DNA of 49,587 bases, taken from NCBI GenBank assembly GCA_002256025.1, contig NKIB01013945.1:1-49587 (forward strand), written 5' to 3'. The position numbers were made by a program, and so were the translations under genes. Below, one piece after another: positions 46,243-49,587 of the stretch; the first letter of the stretch is position 1, and each line of letters begins with the position of its first letter. Origin of the DNA: Asterionella formosa (Eukaryota). A model generated the notes under the pieces. That model ran no database searches, was not told where the DNA came from, and saw nothing but the letters and a program-made list of their open reading frames with translations.

Positions 46243-47936
46243 AATGTTGTTGGAAGCTCACCTTAACAAAGGCCACAACAAGAATGAGAATTCGAAGAAG
46301 TGACAACACCACTTCTTTCGAGAGCAGGAGTGGAGGATGGGCCTACCGGTGTTCGGTACATACGACTAACATGTCCCTTGAAAAATGTACCAGAGTTCAA
46401 TTTCCTACAATGACTACCTGGTACCGTACCGGTATGGTGCACTCTACCCGGTATTTCTTTCCATGAGAAATATATTTCTTGTGTAGTTAATTAATTATAT
46501 CGTACCGAAAATGCGTTGAAATTGTACTAGCACTGTCCAAGTTGCGGTAAAGCAATGAGCAGAATCAAGATTCCCTCCTGGTGGTCCAACCTCAGTAATC
46601 ATTATCTGTGTCAATGTTGTCAGACATGCATAGCCTGAAACTTCCGAATAATATAAACATAGGGTTTGGTAATAAGTGCAGCTAAGTTGCAAAGTGTGAC
46701 TGACTATTTGCGTTCAAGTACCGGTACCCCGGATCGGGAATGACTCGGAGGGCTCAAATATAGTATCGGAGTTTGCACTGTTCTGACTTACTACCAGGTT
46801 ACTACCCTTAGACATGCTGCTGCGGCGAGCTGATCTTTGGGAATAGTAGTATAGAATCCAGTTGTCCATGTGTGGAGCTTGTAGATGGCAGTTTTACCAA
46901 AGAGGAGCTCGTGGGAAGCAACCACATCCATGCAGTAAATGTTGACTGGAAAAGAAGAAGAAAAAGGAAAAAAATTTAAAACTTCTTTAGTTGCTGACAC
47001 CCAAAATTGAAACACCCTCTAGGCGAAAACAACTGCGCCGATTTGCAGAAAGAACTCAAGTGCTGAGCAGCTTATTTATAGGATGGATTATGCAGAAAAC
47101 ACACCATTATTCTATGTGAGGATTGGCATACTCGAAAACATGAGCTTTTAATTAGTTATTTAGACATAATTATAAACTTGTTATCACTAATTAAACTATT
47201 AGCATTTAAATGAATTATTCAAAACCAGTTTAAAATACTTATATTCATAGCATACATTCAAATGCTGTTTTACGTTGGCTGTCCACACAAATATTTGTTG
47301 GAAACTGAAAACAACATTTTACTAAGATAATTCTAACATGAATAGAATACATGTTGTTACATCTACATCCTATACGGTTGTTGCACTTACATGGACCATG
47401 CTACTGGATATTTAACAGGTCTAATCCTTAAATTGAGCATACTACCATCATCTTCTTCCTTCTCATCATTGCCACTTTCACCATTGCGCATTCCATGATG
47501 AAAGGCAAGTTACCATTGTTCTACTGTTATATCATACTTTGTATGTATATAGAGAATAGTTGATTTGAACAAAAATGGTTCCTCACACACCATCTGCATT
47601 TTGCTCGAGATGGCCATAAGTGAACATGGAAAAAGCAAGCCCAATGAAGCTTTTTTGAAATGTAGTTGCCAATTTTAAATTAACTACTTATATATTAAAC
47701 ATGAATCTGTAGCTAAGCGCAAGGCACACATTAGTAGGGCAACTAAGCCGGAGAAAATTGTACAATTCTTTTCACCCTGAGAGCGTACCAACTGTCATTT
47801 TTGGTTCAAACCCGGAAACGATACCACATCGTGCGAAAAATGATAACGACGTCGCTAACTAGTAAGTATACGGTATGCATAATGCAAAATATGAAAATAT
47901 ACGGCACACGACCATGTCAGAATGTGTCTATTAGGC

Positions 47937-48266
47937 TGTTGATGTCGACAGGTGTCCGAATGCTAGATGTAAGTAGTCTGAGGAGTATCTGCATGGAAAT
48001 ACCGGTAGACACTGTTAATATCTGCATATGATGCTCCATACATGCGCCGTACGAACCATACCGGCGCAGCCACCAGATTAGGTACATGCGTGAGTGCTGA
48101 CAACGATGTACTTGGAACAGCAATAGAATAGTCATAATATTGTAGTTCACCTTTATTCACGATAAGGTTCCCCTCAACAGAACTACAATATCTGTTCTTT
48201 CTCTCTTGTCCGCACCTGCGAAGTTGCGGGTCTTGTCGACAGTGCAAACCAGCACTGGTCTCAACA
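47937..48266 (+). mobile_element. Putative 5' LTR of the copia element
   Basis: Bounded by TGTTGA...TCAACA, 60 bp upstream of the gag ATG. The 3' LTR is outside the window, so the boundaries are unconfirmed; another TCAACA ends at 48179. Confidence 0.55.
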
Positions 48267-48326
48267 ATCAACCGTCCAGCACCGCTTGCCCGTTCGCTGT
48301 CCCTGTCTCTCAGGCCTTCTTCCACC

Positions 48327-49415
48327 ATGACGACTCCAATCGTTTCCGCTGTTTTCCCCTTCCCTCATCCGCTCTTGACGCCGATCGAGGGCAAACCTAC
48401 AGCCTTCACTGTAACCCGCCTTCGCAAGGAACTCTTTGCCAACGCTCGCTCTGTCCACTGTACCAGTGGTGGTGGTGCCAATGGTTTCCTTGGTATTGTC
48501 ATGGCTGCTGCTCCTTATCTCTTACGTGCCGGTGAACCCTTTGTACCGCCCGAACATCCCGGCATCCAGCCGACACACAGTGCTACTGCAACACAGTCCC
48601 AAATCACTGCTGCCAACCGTCTCTTTGACACCTCCCTTGACGCATTCCGCCGTTACTCCCAAATCCGTGAAATTCTCCGACAACAAATTCTAACAGCCAT
48701 TGACCCAACCTACTACAACGTTCTGGAAGATGCTACATTTGGATATGCAGACATCACTGTTCTGACCTTACTTGCTCACTTAGAATCTACATATGCAACA
48801 TTGAGTGCGGATGATTTGGAACTCAATCGCATGCGCTTGGCCGATGCTTGGACACCAGAGGAACCTATTGAGCATTTATGGATCCGCATCAAACATCTTC
48901 GTGCCATTGCTGATGCTGGTGGAGAACCTTTCTCTGACAGTACTGTCATGCGATTGACTCTTTCTGCTTTAGAACAGGCTGGTGTATATTCGCATAGCAT
49001 TCAAACTTGGCGTGATCGCGCTGAGCTGGACCGTACATGGGTTAATTTTTGCCCACATTTCATGCATGCTGATAAGGAACGATTGCGCCTTGCCACCGCC
49101 ACCACTGCCGGTTATCATGGTGCCCATGCTGCCATTCAAACCAGTGGCCCTCCCCCATTGCCAGCTATTGCTGCCGCTGCTCGTGCTGTCCCTTCTGGAT
49201 ACACTTACAACAATGTCCAATTAGGCTATTGTTGGACTCATGGTCTTACCAAAAACCCTGACCATACCAGTGCAACTTGCAATCATCCAGCTTCTGGCCA
49301 TCAACTCAATGCCACCCTTGATCGACGTCTGGGTGGCAGCGTCCGTCTGTTCAGTGATGGTCCCCGTCCTACCCGGCCACCCCGTGTTTCACCGCCACCT
49401 TCACCACTTGCTTGA
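48327..49415 (+). CDS. gag: Gag of diatom-type Ty1/copia (CoDi-like) retrotransposon
   Basis: FPHP.LTPI.GKP...L.KEL.ANARSV....GGG.NG.LG; non-canonical Zn-knuckle YCWTHG...H.S.TC.....GH. Confidence 0.88.
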   Translation: MTTPIVSAVFPFPHPLLTPIEGKPTAFTVTRLRKELFANARSVHCTSGGGANGFLGIVMAAAPYLLRAGEPFVPPEHPGIQPTHSATATQSQITAANRLFDTSLDAFRRYSQIREILRQQILTAIDPTYYNVLEDATFGYADITVLTLLAHLESTYATLSADDLELNRMRLADAWTPEEPIEHLWIRIKHLRAIADAGGEPFSDSTVMRLTLSALEQAGVYSHSIQTWRDRAELDRTWVNFCPHFMHADKERLRLATATTAGYHGAHAAIQTSGPPPLPAIAAAARAVPSGYTYNNVQLGYCWTHGLTKNPDHTSATCNHPASGHQLNATLDRRLGGSVRLFSDGPRPTRPPRVSPPPSPLA

Positions 49416-49587
49416 TGTGGAGGGGAGCAAGTTGCTGCCGATAATACTATTAACACAAAGTTATCTCCCATCACTTGTCCCCCCGTCACACTCATTGCTG
49501 ATTCTGGTAGTTCTGGCAATTACGCCACTGTTGATTTACCTGTCATCAACAAACGACCTACCACCAACCCTATCACCATTCAACTTC
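49416..49587 (+). CDS. pol: Start of pol (aspartic protease), in frame with gag after a single TGA; runs off the window
   Basis: CGGEQVAADNTINTKLSPITCPPVTLIADSGSSGNYATVDLPVINKRPTTNPITIQL; hydrophobic-DSG protease motif, no ATG before it. Confidence 0.8.

Overview
Eukaryotic nuclear DNA, most likely a (pennate) diatom. The evidence is short GT-AG introns, a signal peptide ending SLA-F as in bipartite plastid targeting, and a diatom-type Ty1/copia gag. 1-7.5 kb and 10.2-15.7 kb are AT-rich, decayed repeat regions. They hold two tRNA-derived SINE-like heads, MITE-like TIR elements and pseudogene fragments (prolyl 4-hydroxylase, trypsin). Gene-like loci, in order: WW-domain cyclin Y-like protein, P4-ATPase flippase, DUF3598-like plastid protein, frameshifted bacterial-type VOC/glyoxalase gene, an unknown membrane protein, a FoP/Chtop-like protein, a histone-H1-tail-like protein, a tropinone-reductase-like SDR, a copia remnant, RBM18-like RRM, Cid1/TUTase, carnitine acetyltransferase, GnT-I, a coiled-coil unknown, a selenoprotein K gene the ORF track misses, and the 5' end of a copia element. 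Highlights: (1) two probable UGA-recoding events, SelK G-U-S-K-stop and a gag-UGA-protease junction with a stem-loop; (2) a TIR element carrying a copy of sequence lying about 2 kb downstream; (3) SINE-like Pol III elements with structured bodies; (4) a TACC(W)GGTA motif clustered upstream of most genes. All family assignments come from motif recognition by eye; no database searches were run.
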